64,000 bases of DNA, taken from Octopus vulgaris. Taxonomy: Eukaryota. The translations under genes and the position numbers were made by a program. Positions 1 through 15,254 of the stretch are shown in pieces. The stretch lies in NCBI GenBank assembly GCA_951406725.2, contig OX597814.1, positions 192,138,001 through 192,202,000 of the forward strand, given 5' to 3'. Below the pieces are notes generated by a model. It ran no database searches. It was not told where the DNA came from and worked only from the letters and a program-made list of their open reading frames with translations. Numbering within the stretch: position 1 is the stretch's first letter; every line of letters starts with the position of its first letter.

Positions 1-1235
1 TTTTGAAGTTCATTGCAGGAAAATATCTTAGTATAAATGTGCAAAACAAATCATGGCTGGTAATCTAATATGCTGAATTTCTGCAGACCACAGATTAAAG
101 ATTCAACGTCTACAGTTTTACATACGCAGACTGCATTGAATCGTAGTCATCTACTTACTCTGGATTAACGTCTACTCTATTTTTAGCCCGGATTTCCTGT
201 TGCTTTTTGCACCCAAATTGCCTGGAATAATGGTTGTACACAGCTCTACAAATTGTAATTAGAGTAAATTTGTAGACTAATGAATGATAACCAAGCTGCT
301 GTCCCTCGCTTTTGTTTTTAACTAATTTCAATATCATTTCACTAAATTGCTTAGTATCTTAGAAAATGTTGTAGTAGTAGTAGTAGTAGTAGTAGTAGCG
401 GCGGTGGTAATGGCTGCTAGTTGTTTGTTCTCAGGTCAGCTTTGATCAAGAAGACCTATGCAGAAAAGTATTTCAGATTTGATGATCCTATCTTCCTGTT
501 TTTTTTTTTTTTGTTTTTTTATCTTTCAACCGTACTGTATCTAATATTTCATAATCTAAAGTATAAAGCCAGAGAGCAGGATGTGTAATTTAAGTAAATA
601 TGTCTTATATTTCATGTAATTTGGACACCCAAATAGTGCAGATATGATAGTGAGTTGTAAAAATACTTGCTAGTTTCAATTCAATATCTCAAAAATAATC
701 TGATATATTTTATAAAATCTGCTCTGTTTGTAGACTGCAATGTTATATTCTTACCTATTAACTCACTCTGTTATCATTTCAATTCCTCTGACCTTTGTAA
801 CATGAAACTATTTCACTTAAGCTCTCATAGCTATCTTTCTTTCTTCATTCCTTCATAAGTTCACCCAATACTGAGCAATCAGTGACTTGGGTATATTTTT
901 CGTGTCTGCTTTATTGTTTTGTCAAGGATTATGTAATTTTGTAAATTCAATGGAAATAGGTGATTTTTATGATCACTCAGCTGTGAAATAGTCGTAGTTT
1001 GTCCTTTTCAGCTCGGGTGGTAGTTGAAGCAAATAGTAGTAACATACATAATTTGTTTAAATAGCACAATGCAATAACAATGACTGGCTTTGGATTGGTA
1101 ACATAGGAATGAGTAATTCTGAAATTTAATCACTCAGCTACTGTTTCGCTTGTCCACCATGATTTTACTGTAAATTGTTAAGTAAATCTGAGGCATGTTT
1201 AGCACTTTTTGAGAAATATTTCCCACTTTTTTAAT

Positions 1236-1642
1236 CTCTTTTACTCTCTTTCCTTTTACTTGTTTCAGTCATTTGACTGTGGCCATGCTGGAGCACCGCC
1301 TTTAGTCGAGCAAATTGACCCCAGGACTTATTCTTTGGAAGCCTAGTACTTATTCTATCGGTCTCTTTTGCTGAACCACTAAGTTACGGGGACCTAAACA
1401 CACCAGCACTGGTTGTCAAGCGATGTTGGAGGATAAAGACACACAAACATATACACGCACATACACATACATATATACGGCGGGCTTCTTTCAGTTTCCG
1501 TCTACCAAATCCACTTCCAAGGCATTGGTCGGCCCGAGGCTATAGTAGAAGACACTTGCCCAAGGTGCCATGCAGTGGGACTGAACCCGGAGCCATGTGG
1601 TTGGTAAGCAAGCTACTTACCATACAGCCACTCCTGTGCCTA
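1236..1642 (-). mobile_element. tRNA-derived CORE-type SINE family A, full length
   Basis: Reverse complement of 2153-2591. Confidence 0.85.
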
Positions 1643-2152
1643 TAAAATCATAAAAATTTTATTAAAAACTCTGAATTATAAAAAGCTACATGAATTAAGT
1701 TATGCATTTATAGCTATGCATATGTGATTCTGTGTGTGTTTACATATATATAAATACAAACATTCAGTTACTATGTTAAATAATTAGATATTGCGAAGAG
1801 CACACAATCTATAAAAGCTTTTGTTATATATATTCTCTGGTACCCATAATAGAACAAACAACACTACTATGTAAAAGATGTATTTATGATTGAAGCAGAG
1901 ATAGAATTTTACATGTTGATGTTATTTTTATATGGCAATAAATATTTCTCTTTATTTATCATATCAAGTTATATTGTGTATCAGCATTTAGTGATACACA
2001 ACATAGATTACAGCTTGTGCTGTTTTGGAGAAGTTTTTTAAAGCACTTTACTCTGACAAAGAACAGTTTTCTCAAAACAGTCTGCTACTTAGAATAAATT
2101 GAGGTCTAAACTATCTGATACAGTTCTTTATTATTATTTTTTTTTCTATATA

Positions 2153-2327
2153 GGCGCAGGAGTGGCTGTGTGGTAAGTAGCTTGCTTACCAACCACATGG
2201 TTCTGGGTTCAGTCCCACTGCGTGACACCTTGAGCAAGTGTCTTCTACTATAGCCTCAGGCCGACCAAAGCCTTGTGAGTGGATTTGGTAGACAGAAACT
2301 GAAAGAAGCCTGTCGTATATATGTATA

Positions 2328-2380
<53 letters not shown>

Positions 2381-2591
2381 CTGTGTTTGTTCCCCCAATA
2401 TTGCTTGAAAACCGATGTTGGTGTGTTTACGTCCCTGTAACTTAGTGGTTCGGCCAAAGAGACCAATAGAATAAGTACTAGGCTTACAAAGAATAAGTCC
2501 TGTGGTTGATTTGCTCGACTAAAGGAGGTGCTACAGCATGGCCGCAGTCAAATGACTGAAACAAGTAAAAGAGAGTAAAAGAAAAGAGAGT
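2153..2591 (+). mobile_element. tRNA-derived CORE-type SINE family A, full length (octopus OR-like, from recall)
   Basis: A box TGGCTGTGTGG, B box GGTTCAGTCCC, CORE-like ACCTTGAGCAAGT, internal (TA)n(TG)n, tail GAAACAAGTAAAAGAG repeats. Confidence 0.85.
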
Positions 2592-3218
2592 ATGCATGTG
2601 TTAGAGGAAGAAGGACAGTGCACATGACCTTCTTACAATATGTCCATGCTTAATAGAAAAAAGGGAGGAACTCATGAAGTATCTTCACACCAGAATTCTG
2701 GTTTGAATGCTTGCAGCAGAGTGGACTCTGCTGAAATCACCCAAGGACCAAAAGGTGGTGTTAAACTGGTCACTGGATTTGGTTGACCACCCAAGAAGAA
2801 ATGCTTGGAAAAACATAGTCAGGCCAATATTAACTTGCTCAGAAATGGAAACAACATTTGGCCATAGAAAACCTGTCTCAACAAATTCCATCTGACCCAT
2901 GTAAGCATGAAGAAGTGGACATTAAATGATGGTGATGATGAAATGGATGGAGATGTATCATAGTTCAGATGTTAACTATTAAGAAAGATGAAGTTAATAG
3001 TCCTTAAATGTTAAAATCCAGTTGTATAAATCACTGTAAATAGCACTGGTTTGAAGTTACTGTGCATAATAGCAATATGTGGTTTAGAGTTTGGTGAACT
3101 GGAGTGAAATATTTTATGACTGTGTGTGTGTGTCCCTCTCTCTCTTTCTTTCTCTATCTATCTGTATGTTTATATGTATGTGTATGTATATATATATATA
3201 TATATATGTGCATATATA

Positions 3219-3849
3219 TAGGCATACTTCGGCTTTAAGTCATTTTGATTTAAGTCATTCTCCATTATGTGTCAGTTTTCAAAAATAATATATGGGAAAA
3301 TAAAGACCAAGTTAAGTCATTTTACTCGGCTTTTCGTCTGTCCGCCTCAAATATTGGAATTGCAAAAATCATTAGAAAACCATTAAAAGCACATAAAATC
3401 ATGTTACTGTACCATAAATAGGAATAAAAGCATATAAAATCATGTTAAAATACATACAGTAAATGTTAAGATACACACCGTAAAGTTGTGTAGGTTAGTG
3501 AACGAAATCATGAAATCAGCTGATTCCTGCAATTGTTTTGAATTCAGGTTTGTTTATGTCTGTTTATTGGCTACTTTCATAAATAAAGCATCTGCGATGT
3601 ACGGTAAACACTGCTAAATTGTATTCATAAATTTAGATTGCTTTTTTTTTTCTACTGAACTGTATTAAAAAATAAAAATTATTTGTTTGTAAGCTTAAAA
3701 TAGGTTTTTATTAACCATGTATTATTGAAAATGCATTCATAAAGTACAGAACTGGGAATGGTTATTATCAGCTTAGCCTTGAGACAAGTTAATTCGACTT
3801 AAGTCGTGTCTCCTGGAAACAATTAATGACATAGCAAGAGGTATGCCTG
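3219..3849. mobile_element. Tigger/pogo-like non-autonomous DNA element
   Basis: Termini (T)AGGCATACTTC / GAGGTATGCCTG with repeated subterminal TTAAGTC motifs. Confidence 0.55.
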
Positions 3850-4578
3850 GCTCCCATGCTGGTGGCAGGTAAAAAGCACTATCTGAACGTGATTGTTGTC
3901 AGGCCCGCCTTACTGGCTCCTGTGCCGGTGGCATGTAAAAAGCACCCACTACACTCTCGGAGTGATTGGCATTAGGAAGGGCATCCAGCTATAGAAACTC
4001 TGGCAGGCCAGATTGGAGCCTGGTGCAGCCGCTAGCTCTCCAGACTTCAGTCAAACCATCCAACCCATGCCAGCATGGAAAACATGATGATCATATATAT
4101 CATCATCATCATCATCGTTTAGCGTCCGTTTTCCATGCTAGCATGGGTTGGACGGTTCTACTGGGGTCTGTGAAGCCAGAAGGCTTCATCAGGCCCAGTC
4201 AAATCTGGCAGTGTTTCTACGGCTGGATGCCCTTCCTAACGCCAACCACTCCGTGTGTGTAGTGGGTGCTTTTTACGTGCCACCCGCACAGGTGCCAGAC
4301 AGAGCTGGCAAACGGCCACGAACGGATGGTGCTTTTTATGTGCCACCGGCACGAGGGCAAGGCGAGGCTGGCAATGGACACGAAACAGGGCGGTGCTGGC
4401 AACGGTCGCGAAACGGAAGGTTCTCTTACATGCCACCGGCACTGGTAACACATCTGCAATTTCCATTGATCGATTTCGATTCTGATCCTCACTTGCCTCA
4501 ACGGGTCTTCACAAGTAGAGTTTCGACATGCCACCGGCACTGGTAACACATCTGCAATTTCCATTGATCGATTTCGAT
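3850..4578. mobile_element. Two RTE 3'-UTR copies tail-to-tail (+ ~3850-4092, - ~4100-4578)
   Basis: Both match the 3' UTR of the 16602-17329 element, meeting at GAT/ATC repeats. Confidence 0.8.
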
Positions 4579-6266
4579 ATATATATATATATATATATAT
4601 GTGTGTATCTATCTATCCCTGTCTCCATCTCTTTATTCCTTCTTCAATAATTTCATCTTGAAGTGACCAATATTCTTTTAATTGTCCACTCTGTTACCTT
4701 GATAACTGCTTCTTTTCTATACTCTTGTAAGAAGTAAATTTTAGAGTATTCAGTATATATAGTAAGCACACACAAACACACACATATACACACACACTCT
4801 TTCTTTCTCTCTCACACACATACCTACAAACAAACAAACACATCAGCAATGTGAGTGAATAAATTTTAGGAATTTAGAATTTAAAACAAAACCAAGATAA
4901 AAATGTGAAGATTCTCTGACAGATACCCATTCTGGTTCCTCTTCTGTCATCACTCTATCTTTTATTCGTTTATCATTCATGTCACCCTGAGCAAATGAAC
5001 ACATCTTAAAATAGTGAGGATGCTTAATCTTATAAGGCACAAGACTACCCAACTAGTGTGTAACTAATGAATTTTTAATTAACTTTACAGGGTTAATAAT
5101 TCATCTTGTAGATATATCTAAGAGAAGCATGAATTACAGTGGTAATCCAGTAGAACCTACTGTGTTATAAGGTAGACTATCAAGGGAACTTCTAAATCGG
5201 TCATAGGCAGCCTTCTTTGAAAAATGGGTCATCATCAAGCAGGCCTCACTACAAAAAAATTTCAAGGTAGATTTTTTTAGGAAAGTCTTCCCTTAACCCT
5301 CTCACATTCAAATTTCTCTGTTAAAATGTAGTACTTATTTATTCATGTTGTTTTGAATTAATCATGTACTATCTTTGTAGCTTCAAGATTTCAGCGATAT
5401 AATCGTTCTACTCTTAAAATGGCATTGTAGGGTAGGTGTGAGAGGTTGGATCTGGTCAGTTTGAATATAAAATAGGTTGAATATTTGGGCCAGATATGGC
5501 CAGTTTGAATGTTAAAGCGTTTAATCACACATTATCATCTTTAAAAAAGAAGAGTGATCACATCAGGCAGTGTAGTCCTAGATATAAAAATACACACAAA
5601 AGATAAAAAAACCAGGGTGGTTACTGTTGGAACACCTTTGATCTTAGTTTGCTGACTCAAGACAGATCTTTGAAGGTGAACAATACAGTTCTTGGCAGTC
5701 TACCTTCAATTGTATAGTTTCAAACCATTATCTACTCCAACTGATAAAGATATTCTGTAGCATTAAATAGAAAAAATAAGATATATGATAGATAACTTTA
5801 CCAGAAGAAAAAACAAGACTGAAATGTTTTTCAGAGAGACTCCATACTGATATTCACCATCAACCATACCTTCACTATCATTCATCACTCACTACATTTA
5901 CTTCTAGCCCCACCTCAAATATCTGTCCTTCCCCTCCAAGACTTTTATGAAATTACTCATCTGTTCATTCTCCCATGATTCATTGTCTGTATTCTCCCTT
6001 ATACTCACCTTCTTGTACCCTTAGAGGATGCTCTGGCACCCTGTTACCACCATCTCTATCTTCCTTCTAGCTACTCTCACCCACACTCACATAATACAGT
6101 GTAGCCATGTATCTCCTTTATAGCAAGATCTCTGTGCTTTTCTTTATATCATACTTTAACCATCAACACCCGGCACTTCTCCCCTCTCTCAGATATACTC
6201 TTACTCATTTGAGAGGTCTTCTTTTTCTTTTCTTTGTGTTTCAAATTACTTGGCAACCTCAGTAGT

Positions 6267-6582
6267 CATCATCACCATTGTTCGACCGTGGTCGAGACAT
6301 TGGAATTTACCATGCTACGCCAGACTTCACGGTCCATCATAGCATTACGGAGGTCCTGTTGCTGGATGCCTGTATCCCTGGAGATTACATCAGGGTAGGA
6401 GTGTGCGCCCTCTGGTATCATCCAACCAAAATGCAAATATATGGAAAATTACCACCTGTGTCATCTCTTGTGAAAGGTAGGAGAGTCCAGTTTGCTGGAC
6501 ATTGTTGTAGAGCTGAAAACGAGGCAATTTCTACTCTTCTCCTCTGGAAGCCATCTACTCGCGATACCAGAGGGCGCACATT
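6267..6582 (-). mobile_element. 5'-truncated, 5'-inverted RTE-clade LINE
   Basis: Minus 6419->6267 encodes DTRGRT/YPDVISRDTGIQQQDLRNAMMDREVWRSMV plus a (GAT)n tail. Plus 6418-6580 encodes the preceding HPTKMQIYGKLPPVSSLVKGRRVQFAGHCCRA...LLLWKP. TSD ACCTCA(G/A)TAGT at 6256-6266 and 6583-6593. Confidence 0.85.
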
Positions 6583-7266
6583 ACCTCAATAGTGGCAGTG
6601 TCACATAAAAAGAAAAAAAGCACTCAGTACACACTGTAAAGGGGTTGGTACTAGAAAGGGTGTCCAACCATAGAAACTATACTAACGTTAACATCGGGAC
6701 CCATTGCAACTCTATGGCTCATCAGATCTTGTCAACTTGTCTTCAGCCCATGCCAGCATGGAATATGGACTTTAAATGATGACGAATGAAATGTTTGCCA
6801 TAAAATATGAGCAGACAACTTAGAAAGCAACATTTTTGTATTGTCTCAAAAGCTATTTTATCTCTACATGAAGTGCAAATAAAGCTAATTGGTCATGGCA
6901 TCATTTGAATAATTCGGAAATATTATCTAATGCGCTACACAACAATTAAAGGATGAAGATAGTGCCAATAAGCTGTGCCATTAAGCTAGGATTGGATTAG
7001 TTCAGCAGTTTGCCTAGGGACACACTGCAGCAAAACTCATATAACATGAATTTTCTGCTCTTTTGTTGAATGGTGCTCAACTGTTATGATGTATGTTTGT
7101 TTTTGCTTTTGAAATAATGCCGGCTGCAGCCAATGATGTTCCTTGTTAAAGGAGAAATTATATTCTTGCTAATCTGGATCAGTGGTTCTTAACTAGGGTC
7201 CATATAATATTTTGGAGGGTCCACCTAAGCAAAATTGTAAATTGGGAACCCACAGTAGTATATTAA

Positions 7267-7486
7267 CCCTTTTGTTACTGTACCTATTTTGAGATGCTCT
7301 GTGTTTCTTTCAATTACTTTAAATATAACAAAGAATTTAGTAAAATAACTTAGTTATCATTAAGCTGGTGTTAGGAACATAAATTGCAACTAAGGTTTGA
7401 TGGAAGATTTGAATTAAAAACTTACGAAAACAAGACATTTGTACTCAGAGACAGAACCGGTTTCAACCAGCTTGGTAACGAAAGGA
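7267..7486. mobile_element. piggyBac-like MITE family 1
   Basis: TTAA TSD and the same internal sequence as 49653-49875. Lies within an element starting CAGTGGTTCTTAAC at ~7180. Confidence 0.8.
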
Positions 7487-9072
7487 TTAAGGGTTCATGA
7501 ACAAGTTTTCATTTAGATGTGTTTATTGCAAGAAACAGCTGGGGTTCTCTCTCTAATGTTTTACATATTCCAACAAGTTAATGTGTGAGTAACAAAATAA
7601 GAATTTCGAAAGAAGTACCTGTAACACTAGTTTTTAAACTTCAAATGGCTATGGATGTGTCCACCAAATATAATAGTAATCAAAGGTGTCAAGAGAAAAG
7701 CTTTATATTTGTGTATGGATTTTCCATCAAGTGATCTAATTTTGAATTCCACGTTTTTTTATTCTTTTACATGTTTCAGGCCTAAAACTGTGGCCATGCT
7801 GAAGCGCCGCCATATTAATCGCCCCACCCCACCTTTTTTTTCTTTCTCACTTTCATAAATATTGATTGAGAAAGCATACAATTACAGTTGCCACTATGAA
7901 ATGATATATAATAATGTCTAGAGCGATGATGGCTCATACATATAGAAAGAACTTTGACATTATTATCAGCTTGGCCTTTCAGGTTAATGATAATGTAACC
8001 TAGTTTTGGTGTTGAAGCAGTGAATTTTATAGTGTAAAGTAAAATAAAAGAATAGTCCAACAAATTGGACTACTTAACATATTTATTTAATGCAGGTAAC
8101 ATTAAAAGCTAATTAAAATTAATTGTGCAATGAGGAAAAGACTTTAGCTCTGTGACTAAGATTATTTTAACCCTTTTTTGTGTAGCACAAGAGAAAAAAT
8201 GGTTTCTAAATTTTAACTGAAGTTTGATCCATTGAATCTTACAGGACACAGGGCAACTTCACTTGTGCTGGTCCCATGATAAAATGCATCCAGTACACTC
8301 TGTAAAGCGGCAGCAAATGAACAGAGAGAATATAAAATTAAGAGGACCCTTTAGTCTTGTCAAAGATATAATTACTATAGTGCTGGTACTTTGGTAAAAT
8401 GCTCCCAGTTTCTTTCTGTAAATAGGTCGGTGATGGAAAAGGCATTCAGCTGTAAAATCCCTGCCAAAAATTTAACTTACAAACACAGCTTAATCTTTTG
8501 ATCTGTCTAGGAGGGCAGTAATTCCAAATTATGAATTGTCTGAGACTGTGATAACCCATCTAGTCCATGCCAGCATGAAAAGCTGATGTAAAATGATGAT
8601 GATCATTATCATCAGCATCAGTCTTTGGAAATGGCTTATTTCCTGTATTTACACAGACTGTAGTAAATATTTTTATGGAGTATTTTCTTTATTCTTTTAC
8701 AAAAACAAGAATTTAAAAAAAAATTTAAGTATGTGCAGGCATGGCTGTGGGGTAAGAAGCCTGCTACCCAACTGCATGGTTCTAGGTTCATTCCCACTGT
8801 GTGACACCTTGGGCATCTTCTACTATAGATTTGGGTTGACCATAGGCTTGTGAGTGGATTTGGTATACAGAAACTAGCATTACACATCCAGTGGAGCTTG
8901 TTCACTCCATCTCTGTTTAGACTTTGCACATCATCTAGACATAATTGTTTCACTACCATGCATTCCATTAAGAAAATTAACCATGTGTAGACAATATTTT
9001 CTCACTCTACCCATATTTTTTAATAGTATGTCATAATTAATGCTACTCTCCCAAATGCTCAGTTAGTGTATA

Positions 9073-9110
<38 letters not shown>

Positions 9111-12100
9111 CATTAAATGTCTACTTTTGCATGCTTTGCATGGGTCAGTCAGTTTGTTGAGGCAGATTTTCTATGGTAGGATGCCCTTCCTGTCACTAAC
9201 CCTCACTTCTTTCCAAGCAAGCTAAGATTTTCTCTAGGCCAGACATGTTTTTCATAGAAGACTGGGGTCGAACAATCTTAATGGTATGATAAAAATATTG
9301 ATTTATGACCATCACATGATGTCTAGACAAGGGTGCTTACACACACACATTAGCTTCTTTCAATTTCCATTCACTCACAAGGCTTTGGTCAACCAAGATC
9401 CATTATGAAAAATGCTTTCCTCAGGTACCACTCAGTAGGACTGAACCCAAGGCTACACAGTTGGGAAAGAAGTTTCTTAACCACACTGCTACTCATGCAC
9501 CTATAAGTTTGTGATTGTGATCGGGGTTTTTTACAGAAACAAATATTAGTTCACTCATACTTAACAAAGTTTTTTCAATTATTTCTTATCTGGTAAGTGT
9601 AAGCAATTGACTACCTGTGAAATGAGGCATACTAAATGATGCTGTTAAAATATGGACTGGTCTGGCAATAGCTTGGTTTATCTTAAATTTCTAAACCATA
9701 CAGAAAAGCTATTCTCTTTACCATGTCAGAAAATTACTTTCCAAACTAGGAATAATTTACACAGCTGAATAATTTTGCATGGTTGATCAATAAATACATT
9801 GACACCTTCAGTAAACTGAATGACAGTAGTTGACCAATACCTTTTGATACTACTATATGACACACCAGTAACCGACTAAATGTTCTAACGCTGCAGTGAT
9901 AATGACAAGTGCAGCTGACTTCTATTCATAACGTGTACCACTATTTGTGGTATGACACAACATCATTATCTGATAAACTCTCTTACGGCACAAAGTCAAT
10001 GTTGAACCAGTTGCTGCACTTTGTAAATGTTTCATCATTATGTAATCTCCACTTCTTTTCAGGAAATTCAAATTTTGTAAATTTAATGAAACGAGTTTCA
10101 TGTTTCATTTATTTTTTTTTTGTTTTTGTTTTTTTTTTCCTGGTTAATGTTTGTGACTCATACCATCCTCTCTTGTGAAGAAGATAGTCGAAGTATGTAT
10201 TCCTCATATTTACGCAAAGAATCAATAGAGTAGCATTTTCATCCATAAAACATGAGTCATCCAAATCTGCTTGTTATGTTTTAATAGAATGCATTAGATA
10301 TTCATGACTGATTGCATTGAGAAGTGCTGAATTTAGATCCACAACTTGTGTTATAAGTTGATATTTATTATTGAAAAATAGCCATGCAACTCTCTTGTAA
10401 GGTCTTGGTATTTACTGTATTCTAATGAATAGTTTTATTAGTCTTCCTTATATGTAGTGTATGAGTTATTTTGAAGTGTATGATGGAGTTCAGAATAATT
10501 GATCAAGTTTTGTTACTAATATAGTATTACTAATGCACACACACACACACAAAATAGTATCATTTATTCTGACAATCTCTCGTATTAGTCAGTTTCGCTT
10601 TCTTCTATTCTCCATGATGTCCCACAGCTATTAGAGTTTGTCAAAATGTTTTTTTTTAAGATAACATAAATTCATAATTCATGTCTGTCATTAAGCCAAT
10701 TGACTATTTGTCATGTTTCAAATAACTGGCCTTTAATCAACTTGACTAAACTACTTCCTCAGTTAACTAACCTAATACTGACCCAAATATATTTCAATCC
10801 AATGGTTTAGTTATTAACTCTTTAGTGTTTAACTGACCATATCTGGCCCAAATATGCCTCTTGTTCTAAGTTCAAACTGATCAGGTCTAGCCTCTCAAAC
10901 CTACCCTATAATCTCATTTTAGAAATAGACAATAACATCATCAAAATCTCATCAAATACATGACTTATTCAAAACAATATGAATAAGTAAGTTTTACACT
11001 TGGCAGAATAATTTGAACACGAAAGGGTTAAACTTAGACTACCACATTATTTAACTTCATATATTTCATTCCAGGGTGTCTGGAATTAAATGGTATAATC
11101 TCCATCATGAATTTACTTGATTATCTTATAACTATGTTTATGCATTATTTTCAAGCTATTTTAGATACCCTATTTGATATAAATCAACCAATGAATCTTG
11201 CTAGATTTTATCAAGAGAATTACCAAAATAGATCCTTTGTGATTTCAACATCATCAACAACCATCATAATCATCATCATCATCATCATCATCTTTTCCAT
11301 TTTCATTAAACTACTTTAAAAATAATTAATAAAATAATCAAATCATATTTGTTGAAGAAAAATAGTTTTTGAAATCGTGTCTTCAGAAATAACCATTTTG
11401 TCTCTAAATAACTTCCAATGCGGTGACTGGTCAGAAATAAATTAGTATCTTGCAGCATTTCAACATTGCCAAGTTCAAGCACCATTTGGATTTAGTTTAA
11501 TGTTTATCTCTCTACAATCAATAAAATAGTACCAGTAATTTCATTGGGATCAATGTAGATCAGCTATACCCCCAACTAAACCAAATAACTTAGCTACACA
11601 CTACCTTCATCTAGTCTTATCCAATGTGTCCATCCTTTTATCAACTCTCATTTCCCTTTCTGTTTCCCAGTGTTTCCAATGACACACTTTCTAGAGCTAT
11701 CACCATCTGGAAATTTCTCTACATTCATACTTTTTCCTGCAAACATTGACTTGAAGAAATTCAAGGCAAGCATTTTCCACTTAGACTTCACCCATATGGA
11801 AGAACCTCCAAAGAACACAGCTGATGCTCTGCTTCCTCTAAAAAAAAAAATGCCAGTTTTTGTTGTTTTTTTTAACATGTTTATAACTGGATTTTCAAAA
11901 TTTTAAACTGATTTTAAAATATAGATATTTTACAGAAATATTTTGATGGTTCGATACCCTTCCTAATATAAATCACTTCACAGAGTGTACTGGGCGCTTT
12001 TTACCTGGCACCAGCTATAGCCAGATTACCAAGTAACTCGCAAGATAAAACCCTTCATAGGAGGTGCGTGTAGTATCAAGGGAGATGATACTACATGCAT

Positions 12101-14416
12101 ATATATATATATATATATATACATATACACGACGGGCTTCTACCAAATCCACTCACAAGACTTTGGTTGGCCCGAAGCCATCATAGAAGACATTTGCCCA
12201 AGGTGCCATGCTGCGGGAATGAACCTGGAACCATGTGGTTGGTAAGCAAGCTACTTATCACACAGCCACTCCTGTGCCATGTCATTAAAATAACCTTTTG
12301 TATGTATCAAACTTCCTGTTGTTAAAATTCAAAATTTCATACATATATGTAGACATTGTTAAATCCTTTTATCTCTTTAGTGATAGACAAATAAAATCAG
12401 ACTTCCTGGTCTGATCTGTAGACTACTAATTATTCTAAAAATTTTCATATATAGATTTTTTTTTTCCTATAAACATTTCCTATAATTTCTTTGAATGAGA
12501 GATCCATTTTGATTAACTTTTAATCATCTTTCTTGATTGTGTTTTCTTATATCTATATCTCTAGATTATATTTTCTTTTTCCTGTATTTTATCTTTAGTT
12601 GCTTCATTTCTACATATTGTCATACTTTGGCCAAATCTGGATTAAGACACTTTTTTTTTTTTCCAGCATGGAATTTCAACTTTGGTACTCTTTTTTTTTT
12701 TTTTACCAGTCTGATCATGAATTATAATTGTCTTCATATAAATATTATTTCAACTGCTCTAATCTTTGTTCAGAGGTTCAAATCTTCTACTGGTATTCGG
12801 TTACTGTTTGAGTTTAATAGTTTATTCTATATTGTCTGCCTTTTTAGCCATGGAGGTTACTCTTTTTGCTTTGCAGGCTACAAGGTGATCCCACCAGTGC
12901 TGGTGCTATGAAAAAAAAAAAGCACTCTGTACACTTTGTAAGTGACTGATAAATGAAATTAGTTTGTGATAGCTTGAAAGAGCTCTTTAGTTTTGCCTAA
13001 GGAAAGACAGCTTCTGTGGCACTGGTGTCATGAGAAAATACAGCCAATACACTCTCTAAAGTGATTGGTGTTAGGAAGAGCACCAAGCCATAAAAACCAT
13101 GCCAAAGTTGAGACATTGGGGCAGCAATATTTGGTCTTCTAATTTGTCAGTTCATGTCAATATGTCCAGCCCATGTCTGCATGAAAAACAAACAAAACGG
13201 TGATGTCTGAGCTCTAGAGCTCAAACCATTTGTAAACATTGCCTTCTCCAGAACCTTCATTCTGTCCATAGGATTTATTTCTTACTCACTTAATGCCACA
13301 AATCCAGAGCTAAGCTGTAGCCCATCAAAAACCTGGGTGAGGCTTTGAAAATATTTACAAATGCTTTTTGTAGATGCATGATTTTTATTGTAACATTTAA
13401 GTTCTATAGTTTTCTCGTGACATGAAACTGGAATTTCATCACATCATTTCTTTGGTAGTTTTCTACTTTGAATAAATTTTATCTTTACAGAAAAGCATAG
13501 TCAGAAAACAACCTGGTTAGTGACCTTTTTGAAGACAAAGTGTTCTGATCTTTTTACACAACAAAAGCCAGGTTCACTAAATAATAATGATGATGATAAT
13601 AATAATAATAATAATATAAATGTTAGTATTTAAAATTACGTAAAAGAAGAAAATGTCTTCATAATCAAGAAAAAGATATATTTTTTAAAAGATTGGCTTT
13701 TTCTCTTTCTATCACAAAAATAGCATGCGAACTGATTAGCCCAATTGTTCTGTTTATATTAAAGAGAAGGAATAGTTGTATTGTTAATGTGACTCAATAG
13801 ATAGTTGTCATTTACATTGTACTTCTTTTAGTCAGGTACACACAATTCAGGCAGTATTAAATTACAATAGCTATCTATATATCATACTTAATGTATATAC
13901 ACTGTTAATAGGCCCTATACTGCAGTATCTGTCTTGAGATAGCATTTCTTATGGAAATAAAGTGTCTTATTCAACAACACAACACCTAGCTTTGTCTGAG
14001 AATCAAACTCACAACCTCACAATTGTAACCCTGATGCTCTAACTCCACTGCGTCATGTGCCTTCTTTAGAGCAAATTCAAAAGTTTATAGCCTAAAATAT
14101 ATTTTAGGTTGTAAATAATTTAACCTACAGAATGTTTAGTACTAACTATATCACGTTACTTTATGTATCCTGGTTTTGAAATAAACCATGTCCCTCTGTA
14201 AGAGACAGCTTAAAGGGTTGGCAGCAGGAAGGGCATCCTGCTACAGCACTACCTGTAGTTGAGCAAATCAACCCCAGGACCTATTCTTTGTGAGTCTAGT
14301 ACTTATTCTATCGGTCTCTTTTGCCAAACCTAAGTTACGCGGACATAAACACACCAGCATTGGTTGTCAAGTGATGTTGGGAGGACAAACACAGACAAAC
14401 ATATACACACAAACAC

Positions 14417-14465
<49 letters not shown>

Positions 14466-15071
14466 CATACATACATATATATATATATATATGGCAACTA
14501 AAAATTTAAGGCAATTGCGCTAAAAATACTATAATTATAAATTGAAAGTGTAACGTAACCAGAAAAGTGTCCATTCAAGCCCATCTCTACAATTGTTTCA
14601 AAGGATGCTGCTTCACATTGTTAATGTACAATCCATTAAGGAAATCCAAAAGCAACACCTTTTCATCTAGAGAAAACTTACAAAGGCTTCACACTTCTGG
14701 TTGTTACAGTGTTCAAATTTTTTGCCACCTTTATTATGCATTAATTTATTTCATATATTTTCCTTCATTCGACTTCACTTGTATTACCCTTCTAGGTTTT
14801 TTATCACCTTTTATGTGTGTATATGTGTATATTTTATACTGTTGGGTTTTACCATTGAGTGTCCTGTTGTTTTAGTATATATTTATATTTGATTTTTTAT
14901 AATTTGGGAATGATATGAAGTTGTTTTGACCAATAGGAGCATTTATTCATTGTACCTTTCAATCTATTTCTCCTTTTGCCTCGGTCTCACCTAAGCACTT
15001 CCAGCTGCAGTCCTATCTTTATATTTATTCTTCAGTTTAATGAAATTATAGAATTGTCTTCTTATATATAT

Positions 15072-15254
15072 ATCATCATCATCGTTTAACATCTGCTTTC
15101 CATGCTAGCATGGGTTGGACGATTTTGACTGAGGGCTGGTGAACCAGATGGCTGCACCAGGCTCCAATCTTGATTTGACAGAGTTTCCAGCTGTAGAAAC
15201 TCTGCCGAAATCGTCCAGCCTATGCTAGCATGGAAAGCGGATGTTAAACGATGA

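Noticed and set aside
2153-2225. tRNA-like sequence with A and B boxes (also ~22691, ~27084)
   Set aside because: SINE heads: no complete cloverleaf, and each continues into a repeat body.
3966-4564. Several 60-130 aa ORFs on both strands
   Set aside because: GC-rich RTE 3'-UTR repeats that lack stops by composition.
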